DNA of 63,956 nucleotides, filler included, from Stramenopiles sp. TOSAG23-2 (Eukaryota): NCBI GenBank assembly GCA_900128395.1. It is 3 parts of 3 records of this genome, joined end to end, with 100 filler letters (N's around TTAATTAATTAA, not from the genome) between each part and the next. Parts side by side here need not be neighbours in the genome. Positions count along the whole stretch, not along the records: positions 45,578 to 63,956 come from LT649605.1; 2 more parts are not named here. One strand, 5' to 3'. Shown piece by piece: positions 46,571 to 58,113 of this stretch (position 1 is its first letter; each line of letters starts with the position of its first letter). The notes under the pieces were generated by a model. It saw only the letters and a program-made list of their open reading frames with translations, ran no database searches and was not told where the DNA came from. The position numbers and the translations under genes were made by a program.

Positions 46571-49048
46571 ATGTTGCATACGATAAAACGTAATATTATA
46601 CAACATCATCAAAAACAACAATGTATGAGATACATCATACCATACATTCAACAAACATATATAACGACGACTTCTAATACGAAACAACATCAACAAGAAG
46701 GACCAATACCATATATTAACACCAACATCAAAGAAAATGCTATCTCATCACAAAATGTTTTATTACAAAATCAACGTGAAAAGCAAATAAAACAAGTACA
46801 AAATAATTATTCAACGAAACAAAATAAAGTAGATGTATTAATTATTGGTGGTGGTGCCACTGGTTCTGGTGCTGCATTAGATGCTACGACGCGAAATTTA
46901 TCTACGGTATTGATTGAAAGAGCTGATTTTGGCAATGAAACATCTTCACGTTCTACTAAATTAATATGGGCCGGTATACGTTACATTGGTACAGCAACGG
47001 GTGAATTATTACGTATGAAAAATATTACACAACCAATAAAAGCATTTAAAGAATTTTGGTCAGAATTTAAAATGGTTATTAATTGTCATAAAGAACGTAA
47101 TTTTTTATTAAAAACACAAAAACATTTAACACATTGGATGCCAATTGCCGTACCAATAAAAAGTTGGTTTATATCACCACCACCAATGAATCATCCATTA
47201 TTTGGTTTATTACCATTATTATTACCATTTGTTATGAAATTTTATGATTCACTTGGTAAATTTCAATGTCCACCATCTCATGTGATTTTTAAAAATCGTG
47301 CAAAACGAAAGTTTCCACAATTAGATAATGATAATTTTAAATATGTACAATGTTTTTATGAAGGAATGCATAATGATGCACGTACATGTTTATCCATTGC
47401 ATTGACTGCTATACAACATGGTGCAATATGTTTAAATTATGTAAAGATGCTTGATGTTTTGTACGATGATGATTGGGAAGAGGAGATGACAAACCACAAC
47501 AACAGTAACAATGATAATAATAATAATAATAATAACAAACACGCCATTGGTATTAAATGCATGGATACATTGACTAATACAGAATTTAATATTTATGCAA
47601 AATCTATTATCTTTGCTGGTGGTCCATTTACTGATGAATTAAGATTAAAAGAAGATCCAAATGCAAAACCAGCAGTAAATGGTGCAGCAGGTACACATAT
47701 TATCTTACCCGGATATTATATCAATGATATTGGTTTATTAGATATTAATACAAGTGATGGACGATTTTTATTTTTTTTACCATGGCTTGGTTCTACATTA
47801 GTCGGTACAACAGATCGCAAAGGTAAACCAGTATCTACACCACGACCACCAGAGGAAGAAATACAATGGATGTTACGTGAAGTGGAAAAATATTTAAGTA
47901 ATGATTTAATCGTAAGGCGTTCTGATGTATTATCGGCATGGCAAGGATTTCGTCCATTAGCATCTGATCCACATGCAGCAGCAGATGCACCAATCAGTAG
48001 AGATCATGTAATATCAACAAATCCAGTAACAAATATTACATTTATTACAGGTGGAAAATGGACAACGTATCGGGAAATGGCGGAAGATGTTATTGATGCT
48101 GTAGTAAAAAACAATCAAGATAAATTTACACAACCATTAAATAAATGCAATACATTAAATATACCATTAATAGGTGGTGGAGAACAATATACTAATAATA
48201 CACCGATTAAATTAATTCAAAAATTTGGTGTTAGTGAAGAAACAGCGAAACATTTAGCAAATACATATGGAACCAAAGCATTTAATGTTTGTTATTTATC
48301 AAAACCAAGTGGTAAATCATGGCCACGATTTGGTAAAACATTAGTAGAAGGTTATCCATATATTGAGTCGGAAGTTGAATATCAATGTAAATATGAAAAT
48401 GCTCGCACGATTGCAGATTTTTTATGTTTAAGAACACGATTAGCATATTTAAATGTAGATGCAGCAAAGCAAGCTATTAATCGAGTTGGTGATTTAATGT
48501 CTATTTGTTTAGAATGGAATGATCAAGAATTATTAATACAAAAAGAAATGGCATATCATAAATTAAATGAATTTGCTGGACCAGTACCAATTAATGAAAT
48601 TTATAATTTGGATAATCAAAACGACGATGATGATGATTTACATACAGCAATTGGTGCAACGACAAAACATGATTTAAAACGTATATTTAAAATTTTAGAC
48701 ATAGATAATAATGGTTATATTGATATCAAAGAAATGTATCAAGCAGCAAATATGTTAGGAATAGATGTAGAAACAATTCCATATATTATTACGGATGCAA
48801 CAACATCAACAACTAGTGATGATAATAATAATAAGAAGAAAAGGAACAAACAAGATGAAATGAAAAATGAATTGAATGATATATTTAATATTATGGATAT
48901 TAATAATACAGGTAGAATTAACGAAGAAGAATTTATTAATTGGTGGTTAAATACAAAGGATGATATTATATTGAAAAATCAAATTAAAACAAAATTTAAT
49001 GTAAATGTTGGTGATGTTGAGAAAGGTCCAGGTGTGATGTTTGGTTAA
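46571..49048 (+). CDS. GPD2: Mitochondrial FAD-dependent glycerol-3-phosphate dehydrogenase with C-terminal EF-hands
   Basis: IIGGGATGSG, TSSRSTKLIWAGIRY, GTTD, GFRPL, ITGGKWTTYREMAE, RTRLAYL; EF loops DIDNNGYID and DINNTGRINEEE. Confidence 0.93.
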   Translation: MLHTIKRNIIQHHQKQQCMRYIIPYIQQTYITTTSNTKQHQQEGPIPYINTNIKENAISSQNVLLQNQREKQIKQVQNNYSTKQNKVDVLIIGGGATGSGAALDATTRNLSTVLIERADFGNETSSRSTKLIWAGIRYIGTATGELLRMKNITQPIKAFKEFWSEFKMVINCHKERNFLLKTQKHLTHWMPIAVPIKSWFISPPPMNHPLFGLLPLLLPFVMKFYDSLGKFQCPPSHVIFKNRAKRKFPQLDNDNFKYVQCFYEGMHNDARTCLSIALTAIQHGAICLNYVKMLDVLYDDDWEEEMTNHNNSNNDNNNNNNNKHAIGIKCMDTLTNTEFNIYAKSIIFAGGPFTDELRLKEDPNAKPAVNGAAGTHIILPGYYINDIGLLDINTSDGRFLFFLPWLGSTLVGTTDRKGKPVSTPRPPEEEIQWMLREVEKYLSNDLIVRRSDVLSAWQGFRPLASDPHAAADAPISRDHVISTNPVTNITFITGGKWTTYREMAEDVIDAVVKNNQDKFTQPLNKCNTLNIPLIGGGEQYTNNTPIKLIQKFGVSEETAKHLANTYGTKAFNVCYLSKPSGKSWPRFGKTLVEGYPYIESEVEYQCKYENARTIADFLCLRTRLAYLNVDAAKQAINRVGDLMSICLEWNDQELLIQKEMAYHKLNEFAGPVPINEIYNLDNQNDDDDDLHTAIGATTKHDLKRIFKILDIDNNGYIDIKEMYQAANMLGIDVETIPYIITDATTSTTSDDNNNKKKRNKQDEMKNELNDIFNIMDINNTGRINEEEFINWWLNTKDDIILKNQIKTKFNVNVGDVEKGPGVMFG

Positions 49049-49085
49049 AAAAAAAATAAAAATAAAAAAAAATTATTATATATAT

Positions 49086-49410
49086 ATATAAAATAATTTC
49101 TAAAAAGATGTGGTGCGCATGTGTTAAGAGTCTGGAGTCAAGAGTCTGGAGTCAAATGTCTGGAGTCTGGAGTCAAGAGTCAAATGTCTGAAGTCAAATG
49201 TCTGGAGAGTCTGGAGAGTCTGGAGAGTCGTATATAAAATAATTTCTAAAAAGATGTGGTGCGCACGTGTCAAGAGTCTGGAGTCAAGAGTCTGGATTCA
49301 AATGTCTGGAGTCTGGAGTCTGGAGTCAAGAGTCTGGAGTCAAATGTCAAATGTCTGGGTCAAATGTCTGGAGTCTGGAGAGTGGAGAGTCTGGAGAGTC
49401 TGGAGAGTCA
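49086..49410. repeat. Two blocks of GAGTCTG/GAGTCAA-based short-unit satellite, each preceded by the same ~35-bp leader
   Basis: TATAAAATAATTTCTAAAAAGATGTGGTGCGCA-like leader near 49087 and 49233, each followed by 7-9-bp units. Confidence 0.9.
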
Positions 49411-49925
49411 AGAATGGATGTGTGTGGCAGATGGGCACAAAATCCTTCTTCAGATCGGTTAGATGCATTGTGCTATGTACCTGCTATTTTAATCGTGAGG
49501 CTATGTACCTGCTATACTATTCTATAATGCTATGGACCTACTAATTTATAATAAGGTAGAAATCCTCTGAAAAAAAAGCGAACGTTATTAATTTTGGTCC
49601 CTAAAATAACACTACACACTATGGGAAAACCAATATTGAAAAGATAGATAAATATATAGATTGCTGTGAGGTGAGGTATATGTTGCGTATGAATATAAAG
49701 AAATATCAGTGAAGAAGATATATATATATATATACAGATTGCAACCTTGAGAACAAATCATACTAATTTATATAAACGATTTATTTGTAATTTTATTTTT
49801 TTTTTTTGTTGTTATAATTTAATTTTATTTTTGGAATCAACATTTCTTGTATAATTATTATTTAATTTTACAAGCTTTTAAAATAATATAACGGGCAATA
49901 TATATAATATTATCAAAAATAAAAC

Positions 49926-52900
49926 ATGACGGATACATCCAATAATGATGATACCATATGGGAAGATGAATTATCCAGTATTATTGAACGTACTAGTAAT
50001 ACATTAAAACAAGGTAGAGTACCTTCTTCATCCAAACATGCATGGAATACAACATCTGCAACAACATTATCATCAAATGCTACACCAACATCTACTACTA
50101 CTACTTCTACTACTAGTACAACAAGTAAAAAAAATAATACAACATTGAATAATAATAATAGTAAAATATTACAAGATACAACTAAAATATCACGTAATAA
50201 AATCAATTCAACTACACGTAAATCAAAGCATAAATCATTCAATAGTAGTAGAAAAAATAGAAATGGTAACAATACCTCAACAACCATATCTTCATCATCA
50301 TCTGCACAACACCATATGTTCGCATTAACAAACGATTTACGTCGTACAGTAACAGAAATGGAAGAAGAAATATTATCTATTAAACGTAATACGGATACGT
50401 CGAATGCACAAATATTAGGTATAAAAGATGAATGTTTATTATATCGTGATGGTGTTGAACATGTTCAAACACAAATGAATCATTTAGCACAACGTGGTAT
50501 ACGATATGAATTAGATATTGATAATGTTAAACGTACAATGACTTCAATGGATGAAACAATACGACAATTACAAGTTTCCATACAAGAACGTTCTACAAGG
50601 GGTGAAGTCAATGCAAGGTAGGTTTTAATATATACATACATATACATACACTAAAACAGACACACGACATAGAAAACTAACAAATTTACACACACACACA
50701 CACACACATATATATAAATATTTTACAGAGTGATGGCTTCAATTGATCCATTACGTAATCAAATGGAAACTGCATTAAAAGCACAATCTCAAGCAGTGGC
50801 AACTGCTACTGCAACTGCTATGTCTGCTGCACATAAAGCACAAGCTAGTGCTGAATTAGTCGAAAGTAAAACGCAATATTTCTTAAATGATAATAATCAA
50901 ACAAATGATACATCAAATGGTAATATATCATCAACAATACAAAATGTTACAAATAATCAACCATCTAATGTACAATTAGAAATTATTGAAACAAGAATTG
51001 AACGTAGAATGGAACGTATATTGGAAGATAAAATTGAATTATCAATAGCAAGATTAAAATCAAAATTAGAAGATGATTTTAAAAACAACAATGGACAACA
51101 ACAGCAGCAAAATAATACTACTAATAATAACAATGCCAACAATGAAAATGGCAATGCAATAGAAACTGCTATTATAGAACGTATCAATGAAGTATATGAA
51201 CGTGTTATTAGTTTAGGTGGTAAATTAGCAGAAGAAGCACAACGACGTGGTATTGTGAACAATCAATTACGTGCGGAGATACGTCAAATGCACAATAATG
51301 TTGAAAAAGCGATGGAACCCGATGATTCAATCGAAGAACGGATTACTCAAGCAGTAGCAAAAGCAATGGTCATGGAACGGCAAGATAGTCGACGATTACG
51401 TGCAATGGAATCACAACAAATGAGTGCAGAATTAGAAAATGTTCGTTCTACATTGTTAAAGGAAATTGAAAAACGGGATGTCATTATTAAAGATTTAACG
51501 GAACGTGTAATGAAAGCACATATGATGGCAGCAACTGCTGTAAGACCAGTTGGACCACCACCAACTACACCACATCCAAGTGAACTTGGAAAAGCAAAGA
51601 AAGGGAATCTTAATAATAATAAAAAAGGTAGTGTTCGTATTACTCATGCAACACCAATGAAAACAAAAACTATGATGGTCAATGTAAACAAAAGTAGTAA
51701 TAATAACAATAACAACAAGACAGAAATCGATTCATTGGAAGGTACAAAACGTAATAACAACAACGATAATTTTAATAATAAATTTAATAACAAGAATATT
51801 AATAATAAGAAATCATCAAGTAGCAAACCATTACCACCACCAGCAAGTACAAAACCATTATTACAATTGACAAAAGGTGGTAAAAATGCAAATAAACATT
51901 TAAATATTAGCAATAATGATAATAACAATAATAATAAAAAGAAAGACGATACGGCATCAACATCATCAACAACAACAAAACAAAGTATGAGAATGACGCA
52001 AGCAAAACGTGCTGAAGCAGAAGCAAAACGGGCACAAGAAAGACAAAAAATATTGAAACAAAATAAATTAAATAAAACAACTACTAGTAGCACTACAACA
52101 ACTTCATCGAAGAAATCAACTACTAGCTCATCAACAACATCATACAAAACAAAAAAGAAAGCATCAACAAAATCTGTGAATGAAGAAGTTGAACGAGTAC
52201 GTACACGTTTAAAGGAAATGGAATTAAAAGCAAAAGCTATTAATAATCAAACACCAGGTAAAGATGTAAGTGGTAAAAATAAAGCTCTAGGTGGTGTTAA
52301 TACTACTACTGCTACTGGAACAACGACAAAGAATGATAATAATAATAGTAATGATGAAGAATCACCAGCAAAACCAACAAAACCTGCACCAAAAAAACAA
52401 TGTCCATATTGTTTACGTAAATTCCCAGGTAATTTATTAAATGAACATAAAAAAACATGTACATGTCGTATTGTTACTTGTAAATTTTGTGGTAAAGGTA
52501 GAATGGCTCGTCAAATTACAACACATGAAAAATTTTGTGATAAACGACCAAAAGATGGTGCTACTAGTGGTAAAGCGGATGGTAAAAATAAAAGTGATAA
52601 AACAAAAGCAATTAATGATGTTATGAAAAAAGTTATTAATGAAGCAGATGATGTAAAAACAGCAACAAAAACAAAAAGTACAACGAGTGGTAGCAAAGTA
52701 ACTATAAATCCAAGACAAAATAGTTTAAATGTGAGTACATCTTCATCATCTTCCAGTAGCAGCAGCAGCAGCAGTAGTGATGATGAAGATATTGTACAAA
52801 CATATAAAAATATCAAAGCAAAAGCACGTGAAAAAATACGTCAAAATAGTCCACCAGCAAAAACAGTTCCAAAAGCCTCATCCTTATCACCATCAAGTGG

Positions 52901-53684
52901 AAGTAGCTCTAGTGGTGGAGGTGGTGCGAAGAAATATAAATTTAAATGCAAACATTGTGATCAAATGGTAAATGAACCACATAAATGTGATTGGGAACCA
53001 CGTAAATGTCAATATTGTTCAATGCAAATTATTGCACGTGATATTGTAAAACATGAAAGCAGTTGTCAAAAAAATACATCGTCATCAAAAGCTGCGACTG
53101 CAACAGTAAAGAAAGGTGAGAAGAAGCAACCTGATGTGAAAGATAATAATAATAATGATAAATTGAAATCTACTACTGGTAGTAATAGTAGTAGCAATAC
53201 AACTATATCTAAACCGACAAATATGGATGTAACATCTGCTTCTGCATTAACGTCTACAACAAGACGAAGTTTTGAAAAAACACCACCAAGATCATGGAGT
53301 AAGTATATATATTCATATTTGTCTTTTTACACTATGATTTTGTTTTACTAACAAACGTAAATACACACACATATAAAAGGTACAACGCAAGTCGTTCAAT
53401 GGTTATCCAGTGTTGGTGTTAGTGCAACGGTACAAAAGAAATTTAAATACCATGATGTTGATGGTGCATTGTTACTAGAAGTGAATGATGAAGATTTAAA
53501 AGAAGATCTTGGTGTGCATCGACAACAAGAAAGACGTCGTTTAATTGCTGCTATACGTTCATTGAAAATTAAACATGGTTACGATGATGATGATGATGAG
53601 GATGAAAGTTCAGATGATGATAACGATGGGGAAAGTAGTTTTGATAATTCAATTGGTGAGGATGATGAAGATGGTGATGAGTAA
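49926..53684 (+). CDS. Three-exon protein: coiled coils, TRAF-like zinc fingers and C-terminal SAM domain (introns 50618-50728 and 53299-53379)
   Basis: Both GT..AG introns carry ACTAAC branch sites and join exons in frame. CPYC..H..C, CKFC..H..C and CQYC..H..C fingers; SAM domain W...QVVQWL...VDGALLL...LKEDLGV. Confidence 0.82.
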
Positions 53685-53841
53685 AAGAGAATAAAAAACG
53701 ATGTGTGCGTTGTGTGTTGAAACTTAGCACGGGAAGTTAAAATTATTAAAATTTTATTATAAGTTACGTAGATATTTTAACCATCATTAATTTAACACAC
53801 ACTCTCTGTCTCTCTCTCCATCTTGCGGTAATTTATTTATT

Positions 53842-54744
53842 TTACAAACATGGTAACAATTTCAATTTCAATTGCTTCAAAATTTCTTTACGTTTCTGTT
53901 TTGCTTCATTGATAGTTTTATATGGTTCCACTGGTAATAATTTTGTTTTTAAATCGGTTAAATATTTTTTACGTCTTGCTTCAATTTCACCAGGCCATTC
54001 AAATACATCAATTGCATCTGGATCTAATGGTGGTTCCTCGACTTCTTCAATTATTTTTGTAGATGCAACTTTAAAATCCGTTTGTAATTTTTTAGTCAAT
54101 ATATATACAAAAATGTAACGCTCATCATCATCGCGTACATTAAATCCATCCATATTTGGTTTTGGTATTTCATTTACAATAATTTTCCAATCCAATCCAG
54201 GTTGTTTTAATTTTGATAATCGACGTTTTGGTGGTCCTAATGATATGATCATAAAGGTACCACCAAATTTTAAACTATGATATATATTTTCTAAATATAA
54301 TTTAATTGTTAATGTACTTTCATTTCTTGTACATAATAATGCATCAAATGTTGATTTTTCAAATATAAAATCATATTTTTCATGAAATTGATTATTTTTC
54401 GATAATTTCAATGCATCTTGTAGTTGAAAGGTTAGTCCTTTTCTTCCACGTTTACCATTTTTACGATTAATTTGTCGTTTTTTCATATGTTGTATAACTG
54501 TTTTCGATATATCAATAGCATGCATTGTTTTCCAACCAGCATCATACATTTGTTCTGGCATAGTTGATTTACCACAACCAACAATTAATACTTGCAATCG
54601 ACTGCGTTTGCTTAACGATGATTTACCTGCATGTTCTACTAATATACTACGTAATTTTGGAAAAGTTAATAACCAATCGTATGTTTCATCATCATCATTT
54701 ATATAATGTGTTTCCCAATATTTGGATGTTCCATATAATGGCAT
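53842..54744 (-). CDS. Class I SAM-dependent methyltransferase (METTL13/EEF1AKMT4-like)
   Basis: YG..KYWE..Y, TYDW, LIVGCGKS, IDIS, EKSTFDAL motifs. Confidence 0.88.
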   Translation of the reverse strand: MPLYGTSKYWETHYINDDDETYDWLLTFPKLRSILVEHAGKSSLSKRSRLQVLIVGCGKSTMPEQMYDAGWKTMHAIDISKTVIQHMKKRQINRKNGKRGRKGLTFQLQDALKLSKNNQFHEKYDFIFEKSTFDALLCTRNESTLTIKLYLENIYHSLKFGGTFMIISLGPPKRRLSKLKQPGLDWKIIVNEIPKPNMDGFNVRDDDERYIFVYILTKKLQTDFKVASTKIIEEVEEPPLDPDAIDVFEWPGEIEARRKKYLTDLKTKLLPVEPYKTINEAKQKRKEILKQLKLKLLPCL

Positions 54745-55066
54745 TTTTTTTTTGGGATGTATCTAAGTAAATAAATATGGATTCGCAACAACAAAAAAAA
54801 ATGATGATTCTATCTTATATATAAACAAACTGTAGTACAAAGACACAAAATCCTACAAAAAAAAACAAAAACAGGAAATATATTCTATAAACTCTACAAT
54901 ATTATCAAATTAATATATATTTGATTGTTTTCACTCCACACGTCTCCACACACGTCTCCACACGTATGGATATATATATCCCCTTCCATCATGTTTTTCA
55001 TCATTTTTAACGTCTATATTATTTTGTACTGCTGTACATGCTAGTCTACAGTTGAAGAGTAGGGTT

Positions 55067-55280
55067 CAAGGGGAACGAAATCAAGGGGAACGAAATTGGA
55101 TCAAAATATGCCGATTATTGATATTATTAAGATACAAATATCCGATTTTATTTTGTAAAATGGTATATCTATTTAGTTATTTATTTTTAAAAATGAAATA
55201 ACAAAATCCTTTTTTGAAATTCATTTTTTGATAAGATTTCGTTCCCATTGATTTCGTTCCCATTGATTTCGGTCCCATTG
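55067..55280. repeat. Inverted arrays of a 15-bp unit (MITE/foldback-like)
   Basis: (CAAGGGGAACGAAAT)x2 at about 55067-55096 faces (ATTTCGTTCCCATTG)x~3 at about 55236-55280 across an AT-rich spacer. Confidence 0.75.
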
Positions 55281-55576
55281 GTTCCGATTTAGAATCTACC
55301 TAAGGATAGCCCATCTCCCCATCTCTCGTATTATTCACCTGCTATATTAGCTCATTATTTATGATGGGCTGTAGCAGGGAAGAAACGTAGGGAATTGAGT
55401 CCTGCTATATGCTATATATGCATAGACATACCATTGTATATATTTGATAGAATATATTTCAGTATTTAGCATATATAAAAAGTACGAAGTGGGGACTAGC
55501 GTTCCGCTATAACCGGTTTTATAGAAATTGAGCTGGTTTTACAGCGTTTTATAGATTTAGTGCTATTCCCATGTAT

Positions 55577-56825
55577 TTAAAGCATTAGCGTTGCACAGCA
55601 TTGCAACACCCCAACAAAATAATTAAGGAATTGATAATGCATAACTTTTTGAATGTGCATATCATCATCATATATCGTTTCTGGCACAGCTGGATTTACC
55701 TTCCGCCGTTTACGCACCGAATTAGCAGTTATTGATTCAGTTTTTATGTTTAAAAAATATTGAGTATCCAGTTTCTGACCCTGAATTAACAATAAATTAA
55801 AAGTTATAAAGGATAATTCATCTATTTTATCATTGTGGATGGTTAGTACACGGGGATTCTCTTTCTTCCATTTACTCTGGTTTACCATTCTAAATGGTCT
55901 ATCATTGTAAATATGCATATCGATCTTAGGAATAGAACCTGATGATAACCCATAGTCGTCTAATCCAATACTTAATTCTGCTTTATACTTCTTCATGAAC
56001 TTATCCATCTCCGTGATAGTTTCAAACAGCACTGGCGCCATAGAAAAATGAAGATGGTACGACATCTTACCTATATCCTTCCCGTGCGCACTCAGGACAG
56101 CCATCATCTCAGGGTATTTGTTGAATGCTTCTAATAATTTTTTAAAAACTACATTTAAAGTCTCTTCCCATACGATATTCTCCTTTATGTCATCACCATC
56201 GATATCCAAATAAAATCTACAAGATTTATCGCCACCAGAATTAATGTGATGTTTGTAAATGTTCGTACACATGTTTATCTCCTTGTAGATGATTGTACAT
56301 AGCTACTGGATCACCCACATAATAATGTTTTGCTCCATGATTTGGATAGGTATCAATAGCCCATAAGTTCGTATATTTTAAATTTATATCATATGGACTA
56401 TTTGTTGACTGTATTGTCCGTGGCTTCTTCGTATATTTTTGACTCAATGGGTATGTTTCACCTTTACCATACATGTCCCCCGCTAGTATGACACTCTGTT
56501 TAAAACGATTACATAATTTTATGTAGTCGGTTTTACCACTGGTTCCATCAGATATTTTATCTAACCAATAGAGCGGGTTGCGCTGGTCCGATTTATTCTC
56601 CAAACAGGTTGTTATTAAATCTTTAAAAGATACAAAATCAAGCGGGACTGGGTATAATTTGATAAATGCCAATCTAGCTTTTATAAAGTCACGTTCATCA
56701 CATTCTTGTAACGCTGAGATTGATTTTTCTAGGTTAACATCATTTTCATATACGATGGCATCATTTATATTTTTGTTTATTATGTCAAATATTTTATTAT
56801 TTTCATTTTCTAGCATTTTATTCAT
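55577..56825 (-). pseudogene. AEP primase-polymerase (PrimPol / NCLDV-herpes primase clade) split by a +1 frameshift near 56241-56272, C-terminally truncated
   Basis: The upstream ORF ends with HVYEH. The overlapping downstream ORF has CRFYLDID (motif I DxD), KMSYHLHF (motif II SxH) and IDMHIYNDRPFRMVNQSK (motif III). No C-terminal Zn finger or helicase seen. Confidence 0.8.
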
Positions 56826-56835
56826 TTTTATATAA

Positions 56836-57708
56836 CTAATTTGGGAATATATATAGTATCAAAAAAACGATGTGTTCCGGTTTACACCCTTTAATTATTA
56901 ATGTATCGTATTTTTCTAATATTGTTTTTATTGCTTGATTAGCACCTATATTCGATGATATCGATACAATATTATCATTACTAAACCCTTTACTTATTAA
57001 TGTATCGTATTTTTCTAATATTGTTTTTATTGCTTGATTAGCACCTATATTCGATGATATCGATACAATATTATCATTACTAAACCCTTTACTTATTAAT
57101 GTATCGTATTTTTCTAATATTGTTTTTATTGCTTGATTAGCACCTATATTCGATGATATCGATACAATATTATCATTACTAAACCCTTTACTTATTAATG
57201 TATCGTATTTTTCTAATATTGTTTTTATTGCTTGATTAGCACCTATATTCGATGATATCGATACAATATTATCATTACTAAACCCCTTACTTATTAAATT
57301 TTGCCAATGATCAACAAGTGCTCGTGTAGTAGCTGCCCCAAAACGACTTATTTGTTTCTTACTTAGTTCTTGATCCATTAAAGATTGTATCACATCTTTT
57401 ATATCATATCTACAATGTATTTGTCCACTAGAATTAACATCACATAAACTCTTTTTATTTGATCTATTTAAAAAGTGCTTATATCGTTTGACTGACGCTG
57501 TTGTATCTGTAATTACTCCTAGACTATTATACAGCATGCGTTTAAACCCTGTGTCTAAATTATTCTTCCATTTTTTGTTTAGTTTTATATTGTCTAAAAT
57601 ATCATTGTTATGACCAAGTCTGTTATTATTATTTTGTATGACTTCTTCCCTCCTAGATTCTCGGACATAACTAGTGTGTGATTCAAATTGTTGCCTTTGT
57701 AAATCCAT
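56836..57708 (-). CDS. TALE-like repeat protein: four 33-aa repeats with NI at positions 12-13
   Basis: Repeat FSNDNIVSISSNIGANQAIKTILEKYDTLISKG aligns to the TALE consensus LTPEQVVAIASNIGGKQALETVQRLLPVLCQAHG at V7, I9, S11, N12, I13, G14, Q17, A18, T21, L29 and the terminal G. Confidence 0.82.
   Translation of the reverse strand: MDLQRQQFESHTSYVRESRREEVIQNNNNRLGHNNDILDNIKLNKKWKNNLDTGFKRMLYNSLGVITDTTASVKRYKHFLNRSNKKSLCDVNSSGQIHCRYDIKDVIQSLMDQELSKKQISRFGAATTRALVDHWQNLISKGFSNDNIVSISSNIGANQAIKTILEKYDTLISKGFSNDNIVSISSNIGANQAIKTILEKYDTLISKGFSNDNIVSISSNIGANQAIKTILEKYDTLISKGFSNDNIVSISSNIGANQAIKTILEKYDTLIIKGCKPEHIVFLILYIFPN
56887..57282 (-). repeat. 4 x 99-bp near-identical coding tandem repeat
   Basis: ATGTATCGTATTTTTC recurs with exact 99-nt period (56901, 57000, 57099, 57198). 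Confidence 0.97.
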
Positions 57709-58113
57709 GTGTATTTGAACAGTAATGTATTTCAGAGTGTCTAAGTTGGTGAATATAATACATCTGTTGTTGTGGTTATTTGTAGGTTGTAAATATGAAT
57801 GTAAATATATATATAGATAATAATATAAAAAGACTGGAATACTAATAATTACGAATTGTATAATAAATTATTATTAAGAATAACCACATCGTCCTATACT
57901 AATACTAATATGATTTTAAGTTACAAACGTAAATCACGGTGAGTCAAATTAAGTGAGAGAGAGAGCGTGCATGGGGGCATGGGGTGTGGGGGTGTGTGTG
58001 TGTCGTGAGTCGACTCATTTCAATAACATTAAATACTATTATTATTAGTTTTAAAATGAATATCTGTAAGACTCGAGCGGTATTAATAGCTCCCCAGGCT
58101 CCCAACGTGGTGA

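Noticed and set aside
49254..49544. Three overlapping ORFs with SLES/VWS repeats
   Set aside because: They are translations of a stop-poor satellite in all three frames, with no protein-like features.
51644..52816. Hydrophobic Leu/Val-rich antisense ORFs here and opposite other genes
   Set aside because: They are shadows of Asn/Thr/Ser/Lys low-complexity codons on the coding strand.
55589..55607. Short hairpin GTTGCA-CAGCAT-TGCAAC as a Helitron 3' end
   Set aside because: No properly spaced CTRR terminus and no Rep/helicase gene seen.
56826..56868. Possible intron or frameshift fusing the TALE-like ORF to the primase
   Set aside because: Removing the GT..AG segment before the primase ATG, or shifting frame at the T7 run, leads to stop codons. 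The two appear to be separate ORFs.
57547..57558. LDTG in the N-terminus of the TALE-like protein, matching the start of TALE repeat 0
   Set aside because: Only four residues, and at the wrong distance from the array; likely chance.
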